A DNA stretch of 64,000 bases from Octopus sinensis (lineage: Eukaryota): positions 111,476,001-111,540,000 of the forward strand of contig NC_043000.1 of assembly GCF_006345805.1 (NCBI RefSeq). The letters run 5' to 3'. Below the pieces are notes generated by a model. It saw nothing but the letters and a program-made list of their open reading frames with translations. It was not told the DNA's origin and did not search any database. The position numbers and the translations under genes are program-made. Positions 49,661-63,407 of this stretch are shown here, piece after piece (position 1 is the stretch's first letter; every line of letters starts with the position of its first letter).

Positions 49661-50940
49661 GTCCGTTGTGCTTGTTGATCTACATATGTGTATATATATT
49701 TGTATCACTGATTAGTCATTTTCTTCGTATTGCAATAAAGCTATATTGTGCTTTCACAGATGATAGCGTTCTAGTATTATATTATTTACATCGATTACCT
49801 GAGGTATATTAAGTTCTATATTTGTCCTCGATGTTGTCTATCAAACCATTATATTTTTCCGGGGAATGTTAATAGAGACCGGATACTGACATATTTTACT
49901 GTACTCACTCCAATTGTCATCAATTCTTTCACCAATGTTAGGGCTGTTTTTCCTCTATAAGGATGGTATGTACTTAAAGTACATACAATATACTTGCCCT
50001 TGTTTTTACATCCATCGCCTTCCAGTAGATTATTTCGCAAACTTTACGGTTGTTATTATCGCAAGGGTTTCCATAAATAAATATGTCATACTGATTAGCG
50101 ACCGCCTGGATTTGACTTCCTTCAGAGCGAGTTGCCCTGGTCCATATTTACACGATGTCTGCCAGTTTACTGTTGAACTCGTATCATGCTAGTACAAGAT
50201 CTGAGCTAACCAGAAGACTATCTTCTGACTGTCATATTCTTTTTCATGTAAGCTTAATTCCAAAATGATTGACTGAAGAAATAGGTGCCTACATGTGTGT
50301 GGAAACTTTTAGCTGCAATCAATATGGTCGGTGGTAACCTACTTAAAACGCCTCTATTCTACTTCCTGTACTGAATATATATATATATATATATATATAT
50401 CGTACACATTCGATCCTTTTTCCGAGGAATCTAATGCTCTTAGCTTAGTTTTTTCCTTGGGGCTGGCCAGATTGGAGCAATCGCAAGATTAATCAGCCGA
50501 AATTGCAAGGATGATCCGGTTCTTGATTGAAGATTAAAGGCTTCGAATGACTTGTCCGTGTTTTTTGTATCGTCTATTTGGATGTTTTGCGTTCTTGTCC
50601 CATTTTGTATTTTATATATATATATGAACGGGAGTGGTATGTGTTGTAAGAGCGTGTATGTATATAGACACATACATGTATGTGCATACAACGTACTTGT
50701 GTATATGTATATGTGTATACCCAAATACATATCACACACACACGATGCACTAGGAGTGTTTAAACCTAGATATCTTCCTATAGACGTGGACTATATATTT
50801 CAATATTTCAATATTTCAATACACGATTCTACGTTCTTCATTTCCATCCTCTAACCGTCCTTATCCCTCTCTCGCCCACGCACCTTCCACACGCACACAC
50901 ACACACACAACACACACACACACACCACACACACACACAC

Positions 50941-50977
<37 letters not shown>

Positions 50978-51279
50978 ACATAACAATCACATTCAGTGTG
51001 TGACCTTTAGAAATGCAACAGAGTGAGAAACAAGAATATAAAAAATAAAAAAAAACATAAAAAGAACATCAAAAACAACTGCTGCTGCTGCTACTACTAG
51101 TATTACCACTAAATCCCTTCCTTGGATGTTGACCTTCAACAGAAATACAGTGTAAAAAGGAAGCGATCAGTCGAGACGATGACTATTTATAAAGTGAAGT
51201 TGTTATTTCCAGCTGCTTTTGTGAAAGGTTCCGTGTCTGTTGCATTACCAAATACCATGAAAAACCATTTTTAAAATGT

Positions 51280-51902
<623 letters not shown>

Positions 51903-52187
51903 TGTACTTGTTGAGGATGTTTTTTCCATGAATATTTCGAAAGTTAATTGAGCCTATTTTCAGTACTAGCAAATCTACCCATCTATGATGGAGGCATACA
52001 ATGAGGGTCTGAAGTCATAACAGCAGTATGTATTGAGAAATGTGTCAATGGACTTTGATAGATTTCTGGATGATGTCTTAGAGAAATCACCTTATTGTTG
52101 GTGGTACAGCATTCTATTGCAGCTATGAGACATGTGTTTCCAACTAAGTGACAGGTAATGACGATTCACTCCCGAACTGAAATAGGC

Positions 52188-52410
52188 TCCGGCAGAAACG
52201 TTAGCATGCTGGGCGAAATGCTTAGCGGTATTTCGTCTGCCGCTACGTTCTGAGTTCAAATTCCGCCTAGGTCAACTTTGCCTTTCATCCTTTCGGGGTC
52301 GATTAAATAATTACCAGTTACGCACTGGGTCGATGTTATCGACTTAATCCGTTTGTCTGTCCTTGTTTGTCCCCTCTGTGTGTAGCCCCTTGTGGGCAGT
52401 AAAGAAATAG
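52188..52410 (+). mobile_element. SINE family B, full length and well preserved
   Basis: Head to ..GGCAGTAAAGAAATAG. Confidence 0.85.
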
Positions 52411-52612
52411 GTTATTTGGACCACTCCTAACGAAAGCCAGAGCTTCCTTCGACCACTACATAAAAAGTATTAAGAAAAAATGCTATTCAGATATACTTTT
52501 ATTTTAGTTGTTTACAGTATTTTACGTTTGTTTACACTCTAAGACATTCAAAGTTCACAAACTTTCTTATTTAAATTATGAATCCTATTCCTTCCGATAA
52601 CATCAATATGAT

Positions 52613-52795
52613 TTACAAAATTTCTTTGCAGACGATATTTTCTGTTTGGTCAACACTAATTTTCAAATTACTGGAGTCCATTGCTCTACTCGTAACGACG
52701 TATAACTGGTCGTGTGTAAACATCGGAGTGGCTAAAAATACACCCACACGATCTAAAGTCTGGCCCTGTGCCTTGTTTGTTGTGAATGCGCGAAT
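52613..52795 (-). mobile_element. Helitron/Helentron PIF1-like helicase C-terminal fragment
   Basis: AFTTNKAQGQTLDRVGVFLATPMFTHDQLYVVTSRA..NIVCKEIL* (cf. FAMTINKSQGQTL..HGQLYVA.SR..NIVY.E.L). Confidence 0.8.
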
Positions 52796-52939
52796 GGAAT
52801 CTTTAGGAGTCTGCCCATCTACGATGGGAAATAATGGGATAGTATCGCAAATCTAAACCCTCTAAATTCACGAACTCTAAAGGGGGAAATCCAGAGTTAA
52901 TCCCAATTGCTGGAATTTTAACAACAAAAAAAAAAAAAA

Positions 52940-53115
52940 TCAAAGGTCATTTATTAATACAAACTCAATATCCATTAAATGATCATACTTTTTTACATTT
53001 TTTTCTGATTACCCCCTTCGTAATCCCGAAAAACATCGTGACCATTGGTCAAGCCGTTTGACCGTGAAGAGGGAACAGACAGACAGATGGACATAGCACC
53101 CGTTATAGTAAGATG
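52940..53115 (+). mobile_element. HINE-like 3' end
   Basis: (CAGA)n followed by CCCGTTATAGTAAGAT. Confidence 0.45.
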
Positions 53116-54233
53116 ACTTAACGTGAGTTCTTTGTTTTAAATTGTAGCAGAACACAGCACGTAGTTTAATATAATCTTGGTGTGAGGCCTCTGTCTTAAT
53201 ACTCGATAAAATTCTCGTATTGTTGGGTAGCAGACACGATACAACATCGACCAAAATATCTTTCAGAATTGAGTTGTATCTCTTTACGCTTTAAGTTCGA
53301 ACTGAACAATCTAGTTTTTACTCTTTATCCTTCTGGAATCGATAAAATATTTACCAATCAAAAGTTGGACGCTATATCGCATTAAAATACCCATCACATT
53401 GCAAAATGTGACAATTAGGTACACGTATCACGTGCCTATAAACAAAATGCAAATGGTTTGTTTCTATAATATAAACATACAGCTTGTGTTCTTCAAGGGA
53501 ACTGATATATCGAAGGCGAGACTTGTACCATATTTTATCAGAAGCTAACCAGGTCTTCGCATCAAAGATGTATTGCAGTACATTATTTAGCTGTGGATAT
53601 TTTGATTGCATAGAGAAAAGACCAACAATAAATAATAAACTACAAGATATCGTTTGGCAAATAATGTATTTCGCGTTTGTACTTGGTTTGCAAGATTCTT
53701 GATGTGAAATTGTGTGCGGGAACAGATTTTGTAATACGACAATAATAAACACACGCACTGATTCAGTCTTACTTCGCCTTCATTATTCGTGAATTATAAA
53801 GGAGATAAACAAAATCACTCAAACAAACGATGGGCTTCTTTCAGTTTCCGTCTACCAAATTCACTCATAATGCATTATTCGGCCAGGAGCCATAGTAGAA
53901 AATATTTGTCCAAAATGCCGGACAGTGAGACTGACCAAGAAACCACGTGGTTGAAAAGCGTGTTTCTTAACCATACAGCTGTGCAATATACAACTATACA
54001 AGGTCTGAAATTTTGGAAAGTGGGATAAATCGATTACATCAACCCCAGTGAACAACTGGTACTTATTTTATCGATCCCGAAAGGATGAAAGACAAAGTCG
54101 ACCTTGACGGAATTTGAACTCAGATCATAAAGCCTGTGCTAACCATTCTGCCACTTCGCCGCCTTCGAATATACAAATAATATGATCGTCTTAATCGTCA
54201 TGAAACCCGTATATAGCTTATACTATAATGGCC

Positions 54234-54352
<119 letters not shown>

Positions 54353-54354
54353 CT

Positions 54355-54365
54355 ATCTATTTTAT
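54355..54365 (+). repeat. Target-site duplication, left copy (ATCTATTTTAT)
   Basis: Identical 11-mer at 56937-56947. Confidence 0.85.
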
Positions 54366-54377
54366 CATCATCATTCA

Positions 54378-56072
54378 TCATTGTTCGACCGTGGTCGAGA
54401 CAATGGAATTTACCATGTTGCGCCAGACTTCACGGTCCATCATAGCATTACGGAGGTCCTGTTGCTGGATGCCTGTATCCCTGGAGATTACATCAGGGTA
54501 GGAGAGTGTGCGCCCTCTGGTGTTGCGAGTAGATGGCTTCCAGAGGAGAAGAGTAGAAATTACTTCTTTTTCAGCTCTACAACAATGTCCAGCAAACTGG
54601 ACTCTCCTACCTTTCACAAGAGATGACACAGGTGGTAATTTCCCATATATTTGCATTTTAGTTGGATGGCGCCTCCACGAGAGATTTTGAGCTCTCATAA
54701 GGAGGCGAGTGTAGGTTCCATCCAACCGCCTCTCAAGCTTCTTTGATAACGTCCAGGTTTCTGAGCCATATAGTAGAATTGGTTCGACTGTGGCTTTGAA
54801 TATTTCAAGTTTGAAGTCCCTACTTAGATTTGATGACCAGATCTTATGCATGTCATTACAGGCTGACCAGGCCATACCCTTTCTAGTTAGAAAGTCTTTT
54901 CCAGATGATGATATGTATGACCCAAGATATTTATAATCAGAAACCATATTTAAAGGTGCACTGTTGAGAGTGTGGATGATGCAATCACTGTTGGACAGGC
55001 ACTTGTTTATGTATTCAGTTTTGGTCTCATTGAGGTAAAGACCTACACAATTTGAGGCTTGTTCAAGAGATTGTAAAAGAGACTGGGCATTGGAGAGAGA
55101 ATCACTGATAAGAGCGATGTCGTCAGCAAAGTCAGTGTCTGTCAAGTACTCAGCTGGGTGTCTGGAACTTCTTGGTTTTATTTCAAAGCCCTTGCCAGAG
55201 ATGGTATCAACTGACATACGTAGCACATAATCAACAACAATGATGAAAAGAAATGGGGCGAGTGTGTCTCCCTGCAGTATTCCGGCCTCGATCGAGAAAG
55301 ATGATGTTTCTCCATCAGGGGTTAAGATGGTTGAAGGCGTATCTGTGTAGAGGACCTTGATGGCAGAAATAATTTTGTCTGGTATCCCATAGAGCTTAAG
55401 GATTTCAAACATCTTGTACCTATCTACAGAATCGAACGCTTTAGAAAAGTCTACAAATACCATTGCAAGATCGCGATTAAATGCTTTTGATTCTTCAATA
55501 AGTCTGCGCAGGCATAGTATCTGGCTCAGCGTTGAGCGCCCATGTCTGAATCCATTTTGGTTCTTTCGGAGCAAAGGTTCAACAAAAAGGACAAGACGAT
55601 TTAGGATCAGTTTGTTGTACAGTTTTGCAGCAATTGACATTAGAGATATGCCCCTGTAGTTGGTGACGAGGGACAAATCGCCTTTTTTGGATATTGGAAT
55701 GATTTGAGATTGGTGCCAAATCTTTGGAGCGACAAAGGTGGAAAGTGTGTGGTTGCAGAGGTTAAGCAAAAGTGTGTGAAATCTATCTTCCTTCCAAATC
55801 ACAGCCGGAATGTTGTCGGGACCAAATGCTTTCGAGGCTTTTAGTTGCTTGGTGGCTGCTGTTAGTTCAAATATGGTAAAAGGGGAGGTGTTGATGTCCA
55901 GCGTGTCTGATATAGGCACACTTGGGAGAGTGGGGTTATCAGGGATTTTGGCATTCTTCCCAAGGAGGTTTTTAAAATGGGTTGAACAATTTTCTAAACG
56001 CTTCTTAGCTGATCCCCCTTTAATTCTAATTGATGACCCAGAATTTTTGCCTGATAGGTCTTTGATGGATTT
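54378..56072 (-). pseudogene. RTE LINE reverse transcriptase and C-terminal part (open, ~564 codons)
   Basis: QNGFRHGRST, FVDFSKAFDSV, GILQGDTLAPFLF, FADDIAL, YKYLGS, LLYGSETWTL; no stops from KSIKDL.. to the terminal TGA. Confidence 0.92.
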
Positions 56073-56073
56073 C

Positions 56074-56936
56074 CCACATAATTCGTCTGTGGCAGACGAA
56101 ATTGAAAATTTCTATACAACCCTTCGTTCAACCATTGAGCAAGTACCTCTCCATAATTTTCTGGTTATAGCTGGTGATCTGAATGCTAGACTAGGACCCG
56201 ATGAGACCAAGTTTACTTTCAACTCTAAAACCAATCGGAACGGAGAAATGCTCAAAGACTTCTTGGAGGAATTTAATCTCTACACCTCCAACAATTCTTT
56301 TATGAAACCAAAAGGTCAACTTTGGACATTTGAGTCCCCACTTGGTGATAGGGCACAAATTGACTACCTCATCTTTCGAAAGAAATGGCGCAATAGTGTT
56401 AAGGACTCGAGATCCTACTCTTCCTTTAGTTCTGTCGGCTCTGACCACAGAATTGTATCAGCTACCGTTAAGCTTAGTCTTCGCTCATCCAAAAAAACTA
56501 AGCCTCACCCGATCAAAATGATCGACTGGGAGGAAGTCTTATCTAACCCCGATATGTCCAAACAATTTACTATTGAGGTCTATAACAAATTTCAATCTCT
56601 GTCTACTTCTGAAATAGATGCTGAGAACATTGAGGAAGTATACAGCAGCCTCATCAAATCAACAGAGGAAGTTGCACTGGCTACTCTTCCCAAAAGGAAG
56701 AGTAGGGGCCAGAGCAAACCTTCTAATTCCCCAAATGTCATCGAAGCCAGAAACCATCTAAAGTCTATATCACTAGCTTACCACCGTTCTCCATCCCAGT
56801 CACTGAAGATCCAACTCATAGCTGCCAGGAAGAATCTTGATGAGGCTTACTTGAACGCCGAGGTCGAATTTATCAATGGCAAAATTAGTAAACTATCGAA
56901 AGAGCACATTAGTAAAAAACACCATCTCGCCTGGAA
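56074..56936 (+). pseudogene. Inverted segment of the same LINE: C-terminal half of the APE endonuclease plus linker
   Basis: GDLNARLG, NRNGEML, WTF, IDYLI and SDHRIV APE motifs; ends ..HHLAWK, where the minus segment resumes (WKSIK). Confidence 0.9.
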
Positions 56937-56947
56937 ATCTATTTTAT
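56937..56947 (+). repeat. Target-site duplication, right copy (ATCTATTTTAT)
   Basis: Identical 11-mer at 54355-54365. Confidence 0.85.
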
Positions 56948-57654
56948 ACTTATCCCGTCAATGCATGGAGCAGACACTTTGATGCACACTGACGCCGCCA
57001 TCTACCGCCGAAACTTTGAAGTCACTATCAATAAAATTATCAATTATATCTTATTTATTATATTTATTAATTATACTTATTATTTAGAATTATTAATTGT
57101 ATGTTACTTGCGTGGAAACCTTTTCTTTTTTCAGTCAATGTTCATATTTTTAAATCATTTTAAATTTATAAAACATCCTTTAACGATACAGATTTTATAC
57201 AGAACAGAGAGCGGGGAGAGAGTATATAGACAATACATAAGCAGTATATAAATAATACTTATACAGTGTTAAAACAATATAGAAATAGTGTCTGTAAAGT
57301 ATAATGATGATATATACGCAACATACACTCGGTTTATATATATCATAAATGTTATACGTATACAATGTAGACTGCAAATAAGTAGTGTAGAGTATGGCGA
57401 CGGTATACAGTATTTATACACAGTGTACAGGCACAGGATCGGGAATAGGGAGCGCAGGGATTGCAAGCGCACCCACAAAGAATTTTGTGGGATGGGGCAA
57501 GGAAAACGTTTTGAACATCCTCCTGATAAACTTCATCGCCAAAATGATCGAGCGCAGAAACATTTTTTCGAATGATTTGAAGCATTACTTTTCCATTAAA
57601 GGATTTATCTCATTCGATTGATGTGCGAATATGATATTAACAACAACAACAACA

Positions 57655-58303
57655 ATAATAATCTGCACAAGATCAACCATTAAGGACTAATTGAATAAAA
57701 GCCAAGATAGACAAAAACCAAGTAGATTCCCAACGTAGATTACGTAAATCAAAAGAGGAAAGCGTTACTCACATAGTAAGTGAATATAGCATACTGGCAC
57801 AGGAAAAATACAAGTAAAGACATGACAACCTAGGGAGAGCAATCCACTGGGGGCTTTGTAGAAATCTAGGATTTAAGCTTACTGATAAATTGTATGAACA
57901 CGAACCTAGTGAAATACTAGAAAGTAAGAAATACAAAGTGTTGTGGGTCTTTAACATTCAGACTGACAAAGTAATAGATGCTACAAGGCCTGGTTTGGTA
58001 GTAGTAGATAAAGAGAATAGAAAGTGCCAGATAACTGACTTTACAGTCCTAAATTATGAAAAAAATCATTATGAGAGATATAGGAAAATATCAAAGTACC
58101 AGGACCCAGCCATTGAATTACAGAGACTATGGAAATTGCGGGTAAAATGTATCCCAGTAGTTAGAAGTGCATTGGGAACTATTCTTAAAGATCTGAACAT
58201 ATGGAGGATAGTGGAAATAGGTACAAAACCCAGTTTAGTACAGCTGCAGAGAACAGTGTCATTAGGGACAGCTAGGATACTCAGGAGGGTTCTTGGCATC
58301 TAA
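57655..58303 (+). mobile_element. R4/Dong-like (RLE-type) non-LTR 3' remnant
   Basis: RHDNLGRAIHW, YEHEP, LWVFNIQTD, RPGLVVVDK, KISKYQD, ALGTI, LGTARILRRVL; begins beside an (AAC/AAT)n run. Confidence 0.85.
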
Positions 58304-58397
58304 GGTTACTTGCTGTAACGCAATAGGAGGGTTCGTAGCATCTGAGGCAACATGTTGTAGCCCGATGTTAGGATCTACTTTTCTAAAAGTTTAATTG

Positions 58398-58595
58398 AAA
58401 AGATATAGAGAAATGGTTGAAGGAGATTGGAATAGAATGCCTTGTAGAGCTTCTACAGAAAGTTTGCCTCTTAGAGTCAGGAAAGATTACCAGGAGCGTC
58501 ATAAGCACTTGGAAGACTATTGAAAGCTTGTGGATACCTAAAGTTATTAGTAGTAACTCGCTACCCACATAAATTCTATCAGGAATAAGAACGAA
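58398..58595 (+). mobile_element. Second R4/Dong-like 3' end, same family as 28370-28635
   Basis: GAGAAATGGTTGAAGGAGATTGGAATAGAATG..GAGCTTCTACAGAAAGTTTGCCTC nearly identical to the reverse complement of 28480-28545. Confidence 0.75.
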
Positions 58596-58614
58596 CTTGA
58601 GTCAATTATTAATT

Positions 58615-59145
58615 ATTGAGTGAGAGAGCAGTTCATGCCATCAAAGTGACACTGGGGTAAAATATACGAAGCCCAGTATACCCATCATGACTACCCGTCT
58701 GATAAGGGTACACCAGACACATGCATCACAACCAAATGTGCGCGACATGGTGATCTCATATCAAGATAAACAGCGCATGACCTTACAGGTGGGGCCCAGT
58801 TAGAATTTTCAAAAGGTCTCTGATTAAGGATCGTTTAAGGATGTTGAACGAACCACCCATGTTTCCAAACGTGAATTATCCAAGCCTCCAAGAATTCTCT
58901 TCAACACACGGCTATGATGCTTCTCCACTACTTCTGCTCGTAATCAGAGATGCACATATCGTCAGCCACTAAGGGACATGCTCAACTGGTTATGGTCAAA
59001 CAACTGACAAGCAAATCTGTGGTATTGAGCATAATATTTACTGTAGCCCATCTTTTATACCAAGACAAAACAATGTACATGATAACACTTCCAATCAGTT
59101 AAGATCAGAAGCCACGAGAGCCACTGCCTGGTACTGCATCAGGGC

Positions 59146-59150
<5 letters not shown>
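58615..59150. repeat. Unclassified interspersed repeat ending in (TAT)n
   Basis: Non-coding, moderate GC, abuts an (ATT)n tail; recognised as repeat-like only. Confidence 0.4.
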
Positions 59151-59223
<73 letters not shown>

Positions 59224-60054
59224 CTTGTTTTTGTTTTGATAATGAGGTTGAAACAATCGACCTTGTTTGTAAAAACGTTTGGATCTGGGTTTTCCACACT
59301 TATGTATACAAAAAGATATGCAGATACTATATAGAACATTATGCAGAAAATATAGAAACAGAACGTAGAGAATATACAGACAATGTAACAGAATAACCAC
59401 ACACACATACACACACAAGTGGCATATTTATGTCTTTATACAATCTTATTTACCAACATGAATATATTAGCATTTACTCAGGCACGCACTTACACATTCT
59501 CACACACATACACAATCGCATACACACATGCACACACAGATTCACACACGTGCACATAAAGACGCCCACTCAACCTGACACACATACACTCAATGCATAT
59601 AAAGGCACGCGCATGCGTACACGCTTGCATTTAAAGTAAACCAATTGTGCGTGCGCGAAGTGGTCAGTTGCTTTGTGAGGCTCATGGTGGTGACAGCGGT
59701 AGTAATGGTAGTGGTGGTGGTGGTGGTGGTGATGATGGAGGGGATGGTGGTGCAGTGAGTTTTAGTATATAGTGCAATGAGACAAGATTATTTATGAGAT
59801 AGAGAGAAAGTATATGAATACAGAGTGATGGGGTGAGGCAGAGAATTATAAAATTACAGAAGTGAGATTATAACAGTTTGACTTTAGAATTCATACATGT
59901 ATGTATGCACGCGCGCGCGTGTGTGTGTATGAGTGAGTGGGTTTATGTACGTATGTGTATTTGTATAGATTAAATCAGGAATTGTTAAGGCAGAAACAAT
60001 ACGAAATAAAATACAAAAGTGAGGACAAAACTGCAGATGAAGTTTCACGTTGTA

Positions 60055-60520
60055 ATTCAATATTTCGGGATTAACACCTCTTCATCAGGGTACGTAAAAA
60101 AATGAGAGATGTTCAGTTATACAGAAGGTAGTGAAACACAGATTAGTGTTGTTAGAATAGTCAGTTTCATCCGGGTAGTTCTTGTTTGTAGTTTATAGCT
60201 GGTTTCAGTCCATAATTAGGATGGCCTCCTTGATTCCAAGGTTACCTGTGTTACATTCAGTGGCTATGATGGACGCAACAAAGTCCAAGTTTTGGAGTTT
60301 CTGCAGATGTTTATGGACCGAAGCGTTTGTGACTTTGACGCAAATGTGCAGTTTTCTGGTGGCGATCCCATTTTAGGATTGCACCACATTTCTTGCGGAC
60401 TACAACATGTACTACGTAGGTCCTCGGACACATTTTGAAGCTGTTGATTGGGCAACTGGACACTGTACACCCCACGATGCTTTTTCTGATACGATTTCTG
60501 AACAGAAATGTCCTTCAGCT
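60055..60520 (-). mobile_element. Penelope-like GIY-YIG 3' remnant with a hammerhead motif at 60055-60092
   Basis: GVYSVQ.., SVHKHL..IKEAILI..INYKQE remnants; CTGATGA-AGAGG-loop-CCC-GAAATATT downstream. Confidence 0.7.
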
Positions 60521-61109
60521 CCGAAGATAGTAGTAGTAGTAGTAGTAGTAGTAGGAGGAGGAGGAGGAGGAGGAGTATGGAAATATGGAAGAAAGATGAA
60601 GAGAAAAAGGACTTGAAACGGTAGATACGGGTGTGAAATGTTGATGATGAGTGAGAAGAGAAAAGTGGAAGTGTTGGTGGTGGTAGAAAAGAAGGAAGAG
60701 GAGAGTACAAAGGAGAACATTGTTGTAGAGGTAGTAGCTGAAGTGTTGTGAGGATGATGATAGAAGTGGTAATGGTAGCAGTAGTAGCGACAGTAGCGAC
60801 AATAGCGACAGTAGCAGCGGTGCGCAAGGGCTAGCAAAGGGAGACAAACCTGCAATGGGCAAGGGTTGCCTACAAGACTGCTTGCAACGCATCCTGCAGC
60901 CTGCTGCTTGGTTACCTACAAAATGAACGAGTGTGTCAACATCAACAACAAATGCCATTTATGTTCACCAGTGTTTCGGGTGTTGTGGAACCACCAATCA
61001 GGCGAATATACGAACCGCGTTCGTTTCCCAGGTCACTTTCGCCTTACATCACCTATTGTCTTTCAGAAATGCATGAATGCTACATAACCTTTGGCTATTA
61101 ATTCATTTT

Positions 61110-61164
61110 AAAAGAAAGTATATATATATATATAATATATATATATATATATTATATATATATA

Positions 61165-61215
<51 letters not shown>

Positions 61216-61665
61216 ATATATATATAAATTAGAAAAAATCACCTTTTATCAATTCAATAAAGAAAAATTAAAATTAAATTACACCATCTAGAAAATTACA
61301 TATAGAAAGATTAAATATAAGATAAAACATACAACGATGATTAAGTAATGTGCAAATTAATAAATAAAACATATATTTGGTATACATTACTTAATCATCG
61401 TTATATGTTTTATCTTATATTTAATCTTTCTATAATATGTAATTTTCTAGATGGTATAATTTAATTTTTTACTTATTGGTGTTTTTTAAAATGTGTTTTT
61501 TTCTAATTTATATATATATATATATATATTATGTTTTGTGAAACTTGATTTAGTATTTCTAAATTGAATTTTTCCCAGTAAGTTTGGAATAATATTCCCT
61601 CATATTATTATTATTATTATTATATTATTATTACTATTATTATTATTATTATTATATTATTATTA

Positions 61666-61703
<38 letters not shown>

Positions 61704-61887
61704 CATTATTATAAATTATTATTATTATATATATATATATATTGGAGCAAATATCAGAGTTAATCAGCCGAAATTTGCTATGATGATCCGGTTTCTGACT
61801 GAAGATTAAAGGCTTCGAATGACCCGTCTGTTTTCTGTGTTCGTCCCTTTGTGTATTTCACGTTCTTCTTTATATATAAATTTTATT

Positions 61888-61948
<61 letters not shown>

Positions 61949-61960
61949 TATATATATGAA
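61110..61960. repeat. (TA)n/(ATT)n fields containing a ~200-bp palindrome (61268-61468)
   Basis: AAATTACACCATCTAGAAAATTACATA ... TATGTAATTTTCTAGATGGTATAATTT. Confidence 0.8.
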
Positions 61961-61964
61961 ATGT

Positions 61965-62615
61965 TCTTTTTAAATATTTCCATAGTTTTGAAATATGTGA
62001 GACATTTTCTTTTTTCTGAGGCTCTCTCTTTTACTTTTGTGAAGGCTCGGTAGTAACAAAATATAAACTCCTTTTGAATGCTTCCACCACAAATGACACT
62101 ACTACAAGGGCATTAGAATAATACCCACGCAAATATTAAAAATGATATATTCATAACAGTCACTACCCAAGAATTTATTCAAAACAGTTCCAGCCACTAC
62201 TGCTATAACCACAACAGGTCACTTTTTGGTCACTTGACCATTTAAGAAGACTCTACCAACAGCCTACTACCGTCATACCACTCCCGTCTTTTTCTTATTC
62301 TTTCTCTTCTTTTCCTACTCCCTCTCCTCCTCCCCTCTTCTTCTTCTTCTTCTTCACCGTCTCCTTCCTCGGCTACTGCTGCTTAAACAATCAAAATCCA
62401 GAACCCACATCCCTCATATTAAATATTTCTTCAGATCTTCTACTACCTACCTACTTACCTACCTACCTACCTACCTACCTACCTACCTACCTACCTACCT
62501 ACCTACCTACCTACCTACCTACCTACCTATCTACCTACCTACCGAGCCTTCACAAAAGTAAAAGAGAGAGAGACAGACAAAAGAAAAATGTCCCGCATAT
62601 TTGAAAACTATGGAA
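61965..62615. repeat. ~80-bp inverted-repeat pair (61965-62055 / 62541-62615) around (CTAC)n
   Basis: TTTTACTTTTGTGAAGGCTCGGTAG versus CTACCGAGCCTTCACAAAAGTAAAA. Confidence 0.75.
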
Positions 62616-63290
62616 ATATGTTTTTTTTTTATTTTCATTCAGTTTTTCCACAATTTAATTGTTTATCAAGCTTTACTGAAACCGGTACTAAAATGTTCTT
62701 CAAGATAAAATTATTTTAACATTTTCTACCTTGTTCTATTTTCCATATATACATCTACTCGTGTGCTACTTTTCAACCTTCTCTCTCTCCCTTTCTCTTT
62801 CTCTCTCTCTCTCTCACTCACTCTCTCTCTCTCTCTCTCTCTGTATATATATATATATTTATAATAGGTGTAGGTGGTATACGAGTGGGTTTATATTTAT
62901 AAAAAAGAAATTTGAAAATGCCACTATATAAAATGAATTTTAAATTTCTTAGAAATTTTACATGTTTCGGTTCTTCTTGAAAAAACGAACCTAATCAAAA
63001 ATATTTTAAAAAGATTAGTGTAATAATAAAGTTCATAATTGTTTCTTACTAGTCTCAACAGAATCCACGTGGTGGGTTTTTTGTGGGGGAGAGCATAATA
63101 GCTGTCTTGTGTGTTGACTAAAGTTGGGGAAATGACCAGTGGTCGAAATAGCAGTAGTAGCAGTGACTGTTGGTCGTAGTAGTGGTGAAGGGATATCCCT
63201 AATATCCCAGAAACAGATGTAAGACTAACTTGCTCTTTATAAATGTCCTGAATATTCCACACAGCCTTGGCTTTGTTGTCTCATTTTATT

Positions 63291-63407
<117 letters not shown>

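Larger units (their letters stand above)
54366..56936 (-). mobile_element. Young RTE-clade LINE insertion, 5'-truncated with an inverted 5' segment
   Basis: RT ORF on -, endonuclease part on +, (TGA/ATG)n tail at 54366-54380, flanked by the direct repeat ATCTATTTTAT. Confidence 0.93.

Noticed and set aside
53372-53758. 128-aa minus-strand ORF as a gene
   Set aside because: It has only a faint resemblance to a decayed mariner C-terminus and no coherent domain or splice signals.
55810-56073. N-terminal part of the 390-aa + strand ORF as real protein
   Set aside because: It is the antisense read-through of the RT segment; homology to APE starts only at the inversion junction.
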